Assembly (NCBI GenBank): GCA_963806225.1
Contig: CAWDXG010000004.1
Coordinates: 4,800,001-4,864,000 of the forward strand
From: an uncultured delta proteobacterium
GTDB lineage: Bacteria; Myxococcota_A; Polyangia; Polyangiales; Polyangiaceae
DNA length: 64,000 nt
Reading direction: 5' to 3'
The position numbers were made by a program, and so were the translations under genes. Positions within the stretch are counted from its first letter, which is position 1, and every line of letters begins with the position of its first letter. The notes below the pieces were generated by a model, which was not told the DNA's origin, made no database searches, and worked only from the letters and a program-made list of their open reading frames with translations. Positions 10,119 through 18,921 of this stretch are shown piece by piece.

Positions 10119-11963
10119 ATGCTTGAAAACCGCATTCTGCTCACGACGCCCTCGTATCCGTACCCGACCCTGCCGGCGAATGACTCGCTGACCGACGCGA
10201 CCGGGCAGCGCTTCACCAAGGGCGACAACGTCTTCACCATCATCAGCCACACGCACTGCTACGCGAACCACATCCTGGCGCAGAACATCGACGTGCCCTC
10301 GACGGTGCTCGAGTACCCGCGTTGGGACGACTTCACCGACGAGGTCGACAAGGGCTACCCGATCATCGGCATCAGCGCGTATCCGCCGCACCTCGACGGC
10401 GTGATGAAGATGTGCCGCTACATCCGCCAGCGCTCGCCGGCCACGAAGATCCTGCTCGGCTCCTACGGCGGCCAGGCGTTCCAGGCGGCGTACGACGAGG
10501 AGACGCAGAAGCAGTACGTCGATCACATCGTCGCCGGCGAGGGCGTGCGCTGGCTCAGGCGCTATCTGGGCGAGGACACCCGGCGCCCGGTGAAGCAGGC
10601 GTTGATGCCCAAGGCCGGAGGCGCGCCGCCCTACGTCAGCCGCTTCCCGCGCGGCAACATCGGATTCCTCGTTTCGGGCCTGGGCTGCGTGGGCGGTTGC
10701 GACTTCTGCTCGACCACGGCGCTGTTCAACCGCAAGCGCCTCGAGTTGCTCTCCCCCTCCGAGCTCGTCGAGCACATCGAGCTCTACCACCAGAACTTCC
10801 CCTCGGTGAGCCAGGTGTTCGTGATCGAGGAGGACCACTTCCGGCAGCCGAAGTACCTCGATGCCGTGCGCACGTACTGGCGCGACCACCCCGATGTGAT
10901 CGAGTCGCTCGACTGGTTCGGCTTCGGCTCGGTGGACTACATCGGCCGTTTCGCCAAGCACTACGGCTGGGACGCCATCGGCGAGCTGGGCCTGGGCTGT
11001 GTGTTCATCGGCGTCGAGTCCAAGTTCGCCGGCGACCACGGCTACGACAAGCGCGACGAGATCGACGCGCGTGTCGTGTTCGACAAGCTGCACAGCATGG
11101 GGATCCGCACGGTGGGCGCCTGGATGTGCGGCTGGGACTTCCAGAACCACACCAACATGTACGAGGACCTGAACTACTTCGTCTCGTTGAAGCCGACCTA
11201 CCAGCAGCTCACGCGCGTCTCGCCGTTCCCCGGCACGCCACTGTGGGAGAAGCTGCGCGAGGACGGACGCGTGCGCGACGTGCCGTGGGAAGATGTGCAC
11301 TTCTGGAGCGGAGCGCAGAAGAACGTCGCGCTCGAGGCGCACGAGACGCTGAACCTGACCGAGTACGGCTACGACCTCCTGTACAAGACCTGGGGGCCGT
11401 CCATCCTGCGCCGCCTCGAGGTGCAGATGGCGGGCTACGACTACTGTCGCCGCTCGGAAAACCCCCTCCTGCGCCGGCACAAGGCGCTGTTCTTCAAGCG
11501 GCAGTGCGGCATCCTGTGGACGAACCTGCCGGCGCTCGACCGCTTCGCGCCGAACGGCGTTGTCCGTCGCCGCGTGCGCAAGGCGGACGAGCAGTACCGC
11601 GCCCTGTTCGGCGAGCCCACGCCCATCATGCGCACGCTGGGGGGGAACATGGAGCGGCTGGTGGCGGCGTTCAAGGTCAGGGCGTTCTTCGACCCGCTCA
11701 ACCGCCATCCCAAGGAAGAGCCCTGCAAGAAGTACCACTACGACAAGAACGGGCGCAGCGGCAGCGCCATCCCCTACACCACGGAAATGTCCGAGCCGTC
11801 CAAAGCCATGCGCACGAAGATGCGTCGGGCCGAGGTCACCGGAGCCGTGCTCTCGGCGTCGCTCAAGGCCGTGCGCTTCACCCGCCGCTCGCAGAGCGAC
11901 CCGGTCATCGACGACTACCTCATGGAGCGCATCCAGCAGGGCTGGCTCGGCTTCGGGTTCTAG
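10119..11963 (+). CDS. Cobalamin-binding radical SAM enzyme
   Basis: N-terminal B12-binding-like Rossmann region (IIGISA...ILLGSYG...GEG), CVGGCDFC (CxxxCxxC), IGVES, PFPGTPLW; GGGAGG RBS. Confidence 0.85.
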   Translation: MLENRILLTTPSYPYPTLPANDSLTDATGQRFTKGDNVFTIISHTHCYANHILAQNIDVPSTVLEYPRWDDFTDEVDKGYPIIGISAYPPHLDGVMKMCRYIRQRSPATKILLGSYGGQAFQAAYDEETQKQYVDHIVAGEGVRWLRRYLGEDTRRPVKQALMPKAGGAPPYVSRFPRGNIGFLVSGLGCVGGCDFCSTTALFNRKRLELLSPSELVEHIELYHQNFPSVSQVFVIEEDHFRQPKYLDAVRTYWRDHPDVIESLDWFGFGSVDYIGRFAKHYGWDAIGELGLGCVFIGVESKFAGDHGYDKRDEIDARVVFDKLHSMGIRTVGAWMCGWDFQNHTNMYEDLNYFVSLKPTYQQLTRVSPFPGTPLWEKLREDGRVRDVPWEDVHFWSGAQKNVALEAHETLNLTEYGYDLLYKTWGPSILRRLEVQMAGYDYCRRSENPLLRRHKALFFKRQCGILWTNLPALDRFAPNGVVRRRVRKADEQYRALFGEPTPIMRTLGGNMERLVAAFKVRAFFDPLNRHPKEEPCKKYHYDKNGRSGSAIPYTTEMSEPSKAMRTKMRRAEVTGAVLSASLKAVRFTRRSQSDPVIDDYLMERIQQGWLGFGF

Positions 11964-12018
11964 AATGCCCGTCTCCACCGATGCTGGGGCCGCACGCTGG
12001 CCAAGAGCGCGTGGTTTT

Positions 12019-12465
12019 CTACAGGAAGGCGGGAAGGCGGGAAGGGAGGAGGCATCGCTTGCGGGCGTTCTTGTTGATCAAGCGTCGGATACCCTGCCGG
12101 ACTGCGGCAACATTGAAGTTGACGAGGAACGCCGTGTTGAAGCCCGTCAATTTCAGATAGGTGACGACCTGGGCCTCATGAACCGGCAGCAGGTGTTCGA
12201 CCGCCTTCATCTCGATGATGAAACGGTCGTCGACCACGAGGTCGAGACGGTGTCCGTGCTTCAGCACGGTGCCCTTGTAGATCACCGGCAAGATGCGCTG
12301 CCGCTCCACGCGCAGCCCCCGAAGAGCAAGCTCGTGAGCCAGGCAGTGCTCGTAGACGGATTCGAGCAGCCCCGGTCCGACATGGCGGTGCACCTCGATG
12401 CACGCTGCGATGACCTCATCGGACCCATCCCTGAAGCTTCCCGCCTTCCCGCCTTCCTGGTGCAT
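12019..12465 (-). CDS. GxxExxY family protein (PD-(D/E)xK nuclease-like)
   Basis: GPGLLESVY signature, RLDLVV...IIEMKAV, AQVVTYLK, LVNF. Confidence 0.9.
   Translation of the reverse strand: MHQEGGKAGSFRDGSDEVIAACIEVHRHVGPGLLESVYEHCLAHELALRGLRVERQRILPVIYKGTVLKHGHRLDLVVDDRFIIEMKAVEHLLPVHEAQVVTYLKLTGFNTAFLVNFNVAAVRQGIRRLINKNARKRCLLPSRLPAFL
12022..12459. repeat. Perfect 23-bp inverted repeat at both ends of the GxxExxY gene
   Basis: CAGGAAGGCGGGAAGGCGGGAAG (12022-12044) and its exact reverse complement CTTCCCGCCTTCCCGCCTTCCTG (12437-12459). Confidence 0.92.
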
Positions 12466-12542
12466 CTCCTCTCTTCGACACGAAGCGGGCAAGTGTTGCG
12501 GCAAATCGACGCCGAGCGACGCCGCACTGCCCGAGGGGATCG

Positions 12543-13613
12543 GTGAGCTTGATGTCCGGCGTGCTTCCGTTCTCGGCGCTGGTCGGGCAGGAGCGGCTGA
12601 AGCTGGCGCTGCAGATGCTGGCCGTCGATCCCGGGCTCGGGGGCGTGCTCATCCGCGGAGAGAAGGGCACCGCGAAGAGCACGGCGGCGCGCGCGTTGGC
12701 CGACCTGCTGCCGCCGGTGCGCGTGAACGCCGGCTGTCGCTACGGCTGCCCGGCGGATCGCCCGTCGGTCTGGTGCGATGAATGCCTCGAGCGCGACCAG
12801 CACGAGACGACTCCGCGACAGGCCGGCTTCGAAACGCTGCCGCTCGGGGTCACGGAGGACCAGCTGCTCGGCACGCTGGATCTCGAGCACGCGCTCAGCC
12901 GCGGCGAGCAGCGCTTCCGCCCCGGCATCCTGGCGCGGGTGAACCAGGGCGTCTTGTACGTGGACGAGGTGAACCTGCTCGACGATCACATCGTGGATCT
13001 GCTGCTGGACGTCGCCGCCATGGGCGTCAACCGCGTGGCGCGCGAGGGGATCCGGGTGAGCCATCCCGCCGAGCTGATGCTGGTGGGCACGATGAACCCC
13101 GAGGAGGGCGAGCTGAGACCGCAGCTGCTCGACCGCTTCGGTCTGTGCGTGGAAGTGACGGCGCTCGACGATCCCGAACAGCGCGCCGAAGTCGTGATGC
13201 GCCGTCTCGCGTTCGACGCTGACCCCGATGCGTTCCGCGCACAGTGGCAGGACGAGCAGGCCGCCATCACAGGGCGCATCGCCGCAGCGCGCGCCCTGCT
13301 CCGCCAGGTGGCGGTGGAGCGCGCCTTCTGCCTCGCCGCGGCGGAGCTTTCGCTGGAGCTCGGCGTGGACGGGCAGCGCGCGGACGTGCTGCTCGTGAAG
13401 GGCGCGGTCACGCTGGCGGCGCTCGACGGGCGCGCCGCGCTCCGCCTCGACAATCTGGAACGCGCCGCGGCCGTGGTGCTGCCGCATCGGCTGGTGGAGC
13501 GCGCGGCGCCCGTCGGCGAGGAGCAGGAAGCGCGCGCGCGTTCCGCGGCTGCCCTGCAGGGTCGCGTCAAGCGGGCGCTCCAGCTCCGCTCCGGCGAAAA
13601 AAAAAAGCCATGA
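12543..13613 (+). CDS. chlI: Mg/Co chelatase AAA+ ATPase subunit (ChlI-like; N-terminal part of a frameshifted chlD)
   Basis: LPFSALVGQE, Walker A GEKGTAKST, Walker B LYVDEVNLL, GTMNPEEGELRPQLLDRFGL. The start may be the ATG at 12552. Confidence 0.9.
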   Translation: MSLMSGVLPFSALVGQERLKLALQMLAVDPGLGGVLIRGEKGTAKSTAARALADLLPPVRVNAGCRYGCPADRPSVWCDECLERDQHETTPRQAGFETLPLGVTEDQLLGTLDLEHALSRGEQRFRPGILARVNQGVLYVDEVNLLDDHIVDLLLDVAAMGVNRVAREGIRVSHPAELMLVGTMNPEEGELRPQLLDRFGLCVEVTALDDPEQRAEVVMRRLAFDADPDAFRAQWQDEQAAITGRIAAARALLRQVAVERAFCLAAAELSLELGVDGQRADVLLVKGAVTLAALDGRAALRLDNLERAAAVVLPHRLVERAAPVGEEQEARARSAAALQGRVKRALQLRSGEKKKP

Positions 13614-13641
13614 CGCCGGGTCAGAGCCGGCAGCCGCGAGG
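13596..13641 (+). promoter_or_regulatory. Candidate programmed -1 frameshift or slippage site (A10, A_AAA_AAG) with downstream hairpin
   Basis: GAA AAA AAA AAG CCA TGA at the end of chlI; the -1 frame is open into the VWA ORF. Downstream GCCGG-N7-CCGGC and TGAC-N5-GTCA stems. Confidence 0.7.
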
Positions 13642-14602
13642 CATCGCTCCCGCCATGGGCCACGCGCACCCGCCGAGCCCGGAGATCTCGATAGAGCACG
13701 AACCGGGTCGCAAGGGGCTGCTCCGGATCGGGCTGTGGTCGGGCGCCGATGACGAGATCGACGAGGACGCGGACGACGCGGAAGCCCGCCCGCCCGGGCA
13801 GCGCCCGCGCGACGCTGCCGCGCGGACAGGCCAATCGCGGCTCCGGGCTGTCGAGAGCCCCGCGCCCTATCGCGGCCGCTACGCCCGCGCGCGCCCTGCC
13901 CGCGATCCGGTGCGGGACGTGGCCTGGGACGCGACACTGCGCCGAGCCGCAGAAGGGGGCCGGCAGCTGCCGCTCGCGATCCGCGCGGACGAGCTGTTCG
14001 AGAAAGTGCGCGTCCGCCGCCCCCTGCAGCTCTTGCTGTTCGTCGTGGACGGCTCCGGCTCGATGGGCGGAAAGCTCACGGACTACGCGCGGCGCATGGC
14101 CGCGGGCGCGCTGTCCGACGCCTACATGAAGCGGGCCTCGGTCGCGATGATCGTGTTCCGCGAGCAGTCCGCGGAGCTCATCGTGGGAGCGACGCGGAAG
14201 ATCGATCGCGTGCACCGCGCCTTCGACGATCTGCCGCTCGGCGGCACGACGCCGCTGGCGTCTGCGCTCCACCTGGCCCGCCGCACGCTCGAGCGCGAGA
14301 TCTCGCGCGATCGCGGCGCGCGCCCGACCTTGATCCTGATCTCCGACGGGCGCGCCAACGTCGGAGCCGCGCCGGGCCACGCGGGCATGCTCGCCGAGGT
14401 CAGGGCCGCGGCGTCGGCCATCGGCGGGATGCGCGCGGTGCGGGTGCTGTTCCTCGACACGACCGAGGCGGGCAAGGACGCGCGGCGTGCCGCGGCGATC
14501 TCCGGCTGGCTCGGCGCCGAGCGCGTCCAGCTTTCCCGGCAGACCGGGCGCGACCCTTCGGCGCTGGCGAAGCTGGCATTGAGAGGCTGGAGCACGACAT
14601 GA
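13610..14602 (+). CDS. chlD: Chelatase ChlD C-terminal part: Pro/acidic linker plus VWA (integrin-I) domain
   Basis: Acidic linker DDEIDEDADDAE, MIDAS DGSGS, GGTTPLA, LISDGRAN; lies in the -1 frame relative to chlI. Confidence 0.85.
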   Translation: MTPGQSRQPRGIAPAMGHAHPPSPEISIEHEPGRKGLLRIGLWSGADDEIDEDADDAEARPPGQRPRDAAARTGQSRLRAVESPAPYRGRYARARPARDPVRDVAWDATLRRAAEGGRQLPLAIRADELFEKVRVRRPLQLLLFVVDGSGSMGGKLTDYARRMAAGALSDAYMKRASVAMIVFREQSAELIVGATRKIDRVHRAFDDLPLGGTTPLASALHLARRTLEREISRDRGARPTLILISDGRANVGAAPGHAGMLAEVRAAASAIGGMRAVRVLFLDTTEAGKDARRAAAISGWLGAERVQLSRQTGRDPSALAKLALRGWSTT

Positions 14603-17600
14603 GCGAGCAACGTCGCGTAGCAGGCTGTGACATCGGCAAGGCTTCTGCCAGGTTCGCGCTGGGGAGCCTGGACGCGGACGGGCGCCTGCGGCTGGACGCC
14701 ACGGAAGCTGTCACGCACGAGGGCAAGCCGCTCGAAGTCTTCGCGTCGTGGTACGAGCGCTCGGGCATCGCGTCCTTCGACGCTCTCGGTGCGACGGGCA
14801 TCGGCGCCGAGATGCTGACGGCGCCGGCGATCGCCGGCCTGCCGGAGGATGCGTGTCTCGAGGCGGCGCTGGCCCTGCTCGAGCTCGGCGACGGACCGCT
14901 GAACCTGGTTCGCGTCGGCGCTCGCGGCTACTCGGTGATGAGCCGGAGCGACGACGGCCGCTACCACTTCCTGCAGAACGACAAGTGCTCGTCCGGTACG
15001 GGCGAGACCATGGTCAAGATCGCCGGGCGCTTCGGTCTCGGCATCGAAGAGGCCGACGCGCTCGCACTCTCGGCCGGGGCGGCGATCCCCATCACCGCGC
15101 GCTGCTCGGTCTTCGCCAAGAGCGAGATGACGCACTTCGGCAACCAGGGCAAACCGGCGGCCGAGCTGTTCCGCGGCTACTTCGACGCGATCGCGGGCTT
15201 CGCCGCAGCGCTGCTCGCTCGCACGCGCGTGCCGGGGCCGGTGCTGCTCGTCGGCGGCGGCAGCCGTCTCGGCGCGCTCGGAGCGGGGCTCGAGCGCGCA
15301 CTCGGTCAAGCCGTGATCGTGCCGGAGCACGCGCAGTGTCTGGAGGCGATCGGCGCGCTCGCGCTCGCCGCGGAGCACAGCCCCGCGGCGCTGCCGCCGG
15401 ATCCCGAGCAGCTGGTACGCCGGCGCGAAGCGCGCTTCCGTGTGCTGGAGCCGCCCGCCCGGGCGCGCGCACGGGTGCAGCGCCTCGAAGCCGCCGAGGT
15501 TCCCGAAGCTTTGATGCAGGAGCCCTCGCTGCTCGGGCTCGATCTCGGCTCGACCGGCAGCAAGGCGGTGCTCACCTCGCTGGCGAGCGGCGAGCCGGTG
15601 CTGAGCGTCTACGACCGCACGCGCGGCAACCCGGTGGACGCCGCGCAGCGGTTGGTGCGCGCGGTGCTCGATGCCACGACACCGGATGTGCGCGCCGTCG
15701 GCGTGACCGGCTCCGGGCGCGAAGCGGTCGCCACAGTGCTGCGCGCCGCGTATCCCGAGCTCTCCGACCGCATCGTGGTGGTCAACGAGATCGTGGCCCA
15801 CGCCACCGCGGCCATCCGCTCGGACGAAGCCGGCGGCGAGAGCCTGTCGGTCGTGGAGATTGGCGGCCAGGACGCCAAGTTCATCCAGATCGCCGGCGGC
15901 CAGATCGTCGAGAGCGACATGAACAAGGCCTGCAGCGCGGGCACCGGCTCGTTCCTCGAGGAACAGGCGGCGTTCTACGGCATCGACGCCATCGAGGAGT
16001 TCACGGAGCTGGCCGAACGAGCAGAGCGGCCCCCGGATCTCGGACAGATGTGCACCGTGTTCGTTGCCGACGCCGCGGCCGAAGCGCACGGCGAAGGCTT
16101 CGAGCTGCCCGATTTGTTCGGGGGTTTCCAGTACTCGGTCATCCACAACTACAAGAACCGTGTGATGGGCCAGCGCAGCTTCGGCCGGCGCATCTTCTTC
16201 CAGGGCAAGCCCGCCAGCTCGCCCTCGCTCGCGTGGGCGCTGGCCGAGGTCGCCGATCGCGACGTGATCGTCCCGGCCGATCCCGGCGCGATGGGCGCGT
16301 GGGGCATCGGGCTGGTCGCGCTCGACGAGCTCGACGCGGCACAGCTCCGTGACGCGCCCGCGTTCGATCTCGACGTCGTCTGCCGCGCGTCGGTCGTGGG
16401 CCGGAAGGAGCTCCGCTGCCACGACAATCAGTGCCAGACGCTCTGCACCATCGACAAGACGACAGTCGCCGTGAGCGGCGAGACGCACAGCGTGCTGTCC
16501 GGCGGCGCCTGCCCCAAGTACGAGATCCCGTCGAGGTCCCGCAAGCTGCCGAAGGAAGTGCCGGATGCGTTCGAGGAGCGCGAGCGCGCGCTCGCTCCGT
16601 ATCTGCTCGCGGCGGACGCGGGGGATGCGCCGGTCGTCGGCGTGCCGCTGGTAGGAGCCTGCTTCGGCATGCTGCCGTGGCTTTCGACGCTGCTCCGCGA
16701 GGTCGGCCTTTCCACCCGCGTGCTCCGCTCCGGCCCCGCGTCGCTCGCGCGCGGCGAGGAGCGCTGCTCGTCGTTCGACGCCTGCGCACCCGCCAAGATC
16801 GTCCACGGCGTGCTCGACACCGACGTTGACGCCGTCTTCTTCCCGAAGCTCCTGACGCTTCCCCATCGCGACGGTCCCGGCGGAGCTTCCTGCCCCATGG
16901 AACAGGCCCTGCCCGAGATGGTGCGCGAGTCGCTGGGCGCCCGCGGCCGCTCTGTGCGGATCGTGCATCCGGAGCTCTCGCTGGGCAGCGGGCTGTCGAG
17001 TCCCGCCCTGGTGCTCCAGCTCTTCGCGGCGATCCGCGAGCTGGGCGGCGACCCGGCCCGGCTGCCTGCTGCCCTCGAAGCCGCGCGCCGTGCGCAGCAG
17101 GCGTACGAGGACGAGCTCGAACGCATCGGCCGGCGCTGTCTCGCGTACGCGGCGCTGAACGAGATCCCGGTCGTGGCGCTGTGCGGAGCGCTGCACGTGA
17201 TCCACGACCCGGCCGTGAACGCCGGCGTGCCGCGGCTGCTCCGGGAAGGCGGCGCGCTGCCGCTGCCGATGGATTGCTATCCGATCCCCGACGGCGTGCA
17301 CCCGCTGCCGCGCGTCGGCTGGGCCGACGCCAACCGCGCCCTGCGCACGGCGATCGCCGCGCGCGCCCGCGGCGGCGTCTACCCGCTGATGCTGACGGCG
17401 TTCGGCTGCGGGCCGGCGTCCTTCGGCGAGCAGATCTTCACGGCGCTGATGGCGGGCTACCCGCACACCGTGCTCGAGAGCGACGGCCACGGCGGAGCCG
17501 CCGGCTACGTGACGCGGGTGCAGGCCTTCCTGCACACGGTGGACCAGCACGACCGGCGGCCGGAGCCGATCGGTCCGGCGCGCCTGCGGCTGCTGGAGCC

Positions 17601-18921
17601 GCTCGAGAAGCCGCCCCTGGAACAGGAGCGGAGCTCGCGATTCGTGATGTTCGCTTTCGCCGACCACATCTCGCCGATCCTGGCGGCGGCGTACCGGTCG
17701 TTCGGCTACGACGCGGTGCCCGCCGACGCGCCGGACGCCGAGTCGCTCACGCTCGGACGGCGCGACTGCTCCGGCAAGGAATGCCTGCCCTACCAGCTGA
17801 TCTGGGGCTCGTTCCGCAAGGACCTGGAGCGCACGCCGCCGGACCGGCGCACCGTGCTCGTCCAGGTGTCCGGCGACGCGAAGTGCCGCAACTGCCTATT
17901 CTCGGTCAAGGACCAGCTGTCGGTGGAGCGCATGGGGCTGTCGCACACGGTGGCCCTGAGGCACTTCGGCACGGACGAACAGCTCGGCCCGGCCGTCACC
18001 TACAAGGTGTGGACCGGCATGACGCTGTGGGATCTCGTGTTCCAGCTGGCGTCGTACTACCGGCCGCTGGAAAAGCATCCCGGCAGCGTGACGCGGCTCT
18101 ACGACGAATTCTGCGCCGAGGTCGAGCGCTGGACCGCGCGGCCGCTCGGCAGCGGACTGCGCGCGCCGTTCGCGATGAAACGCGCCGCCGACGACGCTCT
18201 CGATTTCGTGGACCGCGCCTCGAGCGCGTTCCGCGCCGCGGTGAGGGACGAGCACGATGCCGCGCGCCTTGGCACCGTGCTCCTGAGCGGCGACATCTAT
18301 GTGCGCATCGACGGCTTCTCGAACGGCGGTCTGGTGGAGCGTCTGAACGAGCGCGGCCTCAAGGTGCTGGCCGAGCCGAGCTGGACCCTGTCCGAGTACA
18401 TGGCCGAGGAACGCCTGCCGGAGCTGCTCGGGCTGCCGACCGGGTTCTTCAGGAACGCCGTCACCAAGGCGGCCATGAAGACCATCCGCCAGAAGCTCTA
18501 CGCCCGCGCGCGCAGGCTCCATCCGTGGCTCTCCAACGTGGAGAGCAGCGAGATTCTGGCGGCAGCGGACCCGCTCCTGCACCGCCACCCGCAGGGCGAG
18601 GCGCCGGTCACCCTCGGCAGCGTGCTGCACGCCTGGAAGAACCAGGCCTGCGACGGCGTGGTCGTCGCCAGCCCCTGGGGCTGCGCGCCGGCGCTCGTCA
18701 CCGAGAGCCTGCTCAGAAGCCAGCGCGACATCCCCATGCTCTTCCTGTACGCCGACGGCTCGCCGATGGACACGCGCCGCCTCGATGCTTTCGCCTTCAA
18801 GTTGCATCGCGCCCGCCGGGCCGGGCGGGACAGCTACTCCCTGCGCAGCTCGAGCACAGACTCTTCGAACACGACGCGTTTCGCGCCGGGCTTCCAGCGC
18901 CGCACGGCGCGCAGCGTGTAG
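14599..18921 (+). CDS. CoA-substrate enzyme activase / 2-hydroxyacyl-CoA dehydratase activator-like fusion (two BadF/BcrA-type ASKHA ATPase domains plus DUF2229-like and dehydratase-like domains)
   Basis: GCDIGKAS and GLDLGSTGSK; Fe-S ligand motifs NDKCSSGTG/RCSVF and NKACSAGTG/MCTVF; EIGGQDAK; later FGCGP, ECLPY, WGCAP. ATGA coupling to the VWA gene. Confidence 0.88.
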   Translation: MSEQRRVAGCDIGKASARFALGSLDADGRLRLDATEAVTHEGKPLEVFASWYERSGIASFDALGATGIGAEMLTAPAIAGLPEDACLEAALALLELGDGPLNLVRVGARGYSVMSRSDDGRYHFLQNDKCSSGTGETMVKIAGRFGLGIEEADALALSAGAAIPITARCSVFAKSEMTHFGNQGKPAAELFRGYFDAIAGFAAALLARTRVPGPVLLVGGGSRLGALGAGLERALGQAVIVPEHAQCLEAIGALALAAEHSPAALPPDPEQLVRRREARFRVLEPPARARARVQRLEAAEVPEALMQEPSLLGLDLGSTGSKAVLTSLASGEPVLSVYDRTRGNPVDAAQRLVRAVLDATTPDVRAVGVTGSGREAVATVLRAAYPELSDRIVVVNEIVAHATAAIRSDEAGGESLSVVEIGGQDAKFIQIAGGQIVESDMNKACSAGTGSFLEEQAAFYGIDAIEEFTELAERAERPPDLGQMCTVFVADAAAEAHGEGFELPDLFGGFQYSVIHNYKNRVMGQRSFGRRIFFQGKPASSPSLAWALAEVADRDVIVPADPGAMGAWGIGLVALDELDAAQLRDAPAFDLDVVCRASVVGRKELRCHDNQCQTLCTIDKTTVAVSGETHSVLSGGACPKYEIPSRSRKLPKEVPDAFEERERALAPYLLAADAGDAPVVGVPLVGACFGMLPWLSTLLREVGLSTRVLRSGPASLARGEERCSSFDACAPAKIVHGVLDTDVDAVFFPKLLTLPHRDGPGGASCPMEQALPEMVRESLGARGRSVRIVHPELSLGSGLSSPALVLQLFAAIRELGGDPARLPAALEAARRAQQAYEDELERIGRRCLAYAALNEIPVVALCGALHVIHDPAVNAGVPRLLREGGALPLPMDCYPIPDGVHPLPRVGWADANRALRTAIAARARGGVYPLMLTAFGCGPASFGEQIFTALMAGYPHTVLESDGHGGAAGYVTRVQAFLHTVDQHDRRPEPIGPARLRLLEPLEKPPLEQERSSRFVMFAFADHISPILAAAYRSFGYDAVPADAPDAESLTLGRRDCSGKECLPYQLIWGSFRKDLERTPPDRRTVLVQVSGDAKCRNCLFSVKDQLSVERMGLSHTVALRHFGTDEQLGPAVTYKVWTGMTLWDLVFQLASYYRPLEKHPGSVTRLYDEFCAEVERWTARPLGSGLRAPFAMKRAADDALDFVDRASSAFRAAVRDEHDAARLGTVLLSGDIYVRIDGFSNGGLVERLNERGLKVLAEPSWTLSEYMAEERLPELLGLPTGFFRNAVTKAAMKTIRQKLYARARRLHPWLSNVESSEILAAADPLLHRHPQGEAPVTLGSVLHAWKNQACDGVVVASPWGCAPALVTESLLRSQRDIPMLFLYADGSPMDTRRLDAFAFKLHRARRAGRDSYSLRSSSTDSSNTTRFAPGFQRRTARSV

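Noticed and set aside
12543..14602. Evidence for photosynthesis (Mg-chelatase)
   Set aside because: No bchH/chlH or other photosynthesis genes in the window; ChlI/D homologues are widespread in non-phototrophs.
14122..17667. 1181-aa minus-strand ORF, and similar long Arg/Ala-rich ORFs such as 40504-43524, 17181-19889 and 6292-8757
   Set aside because: Shadow frames of real genes caused by high GC; no motifs.
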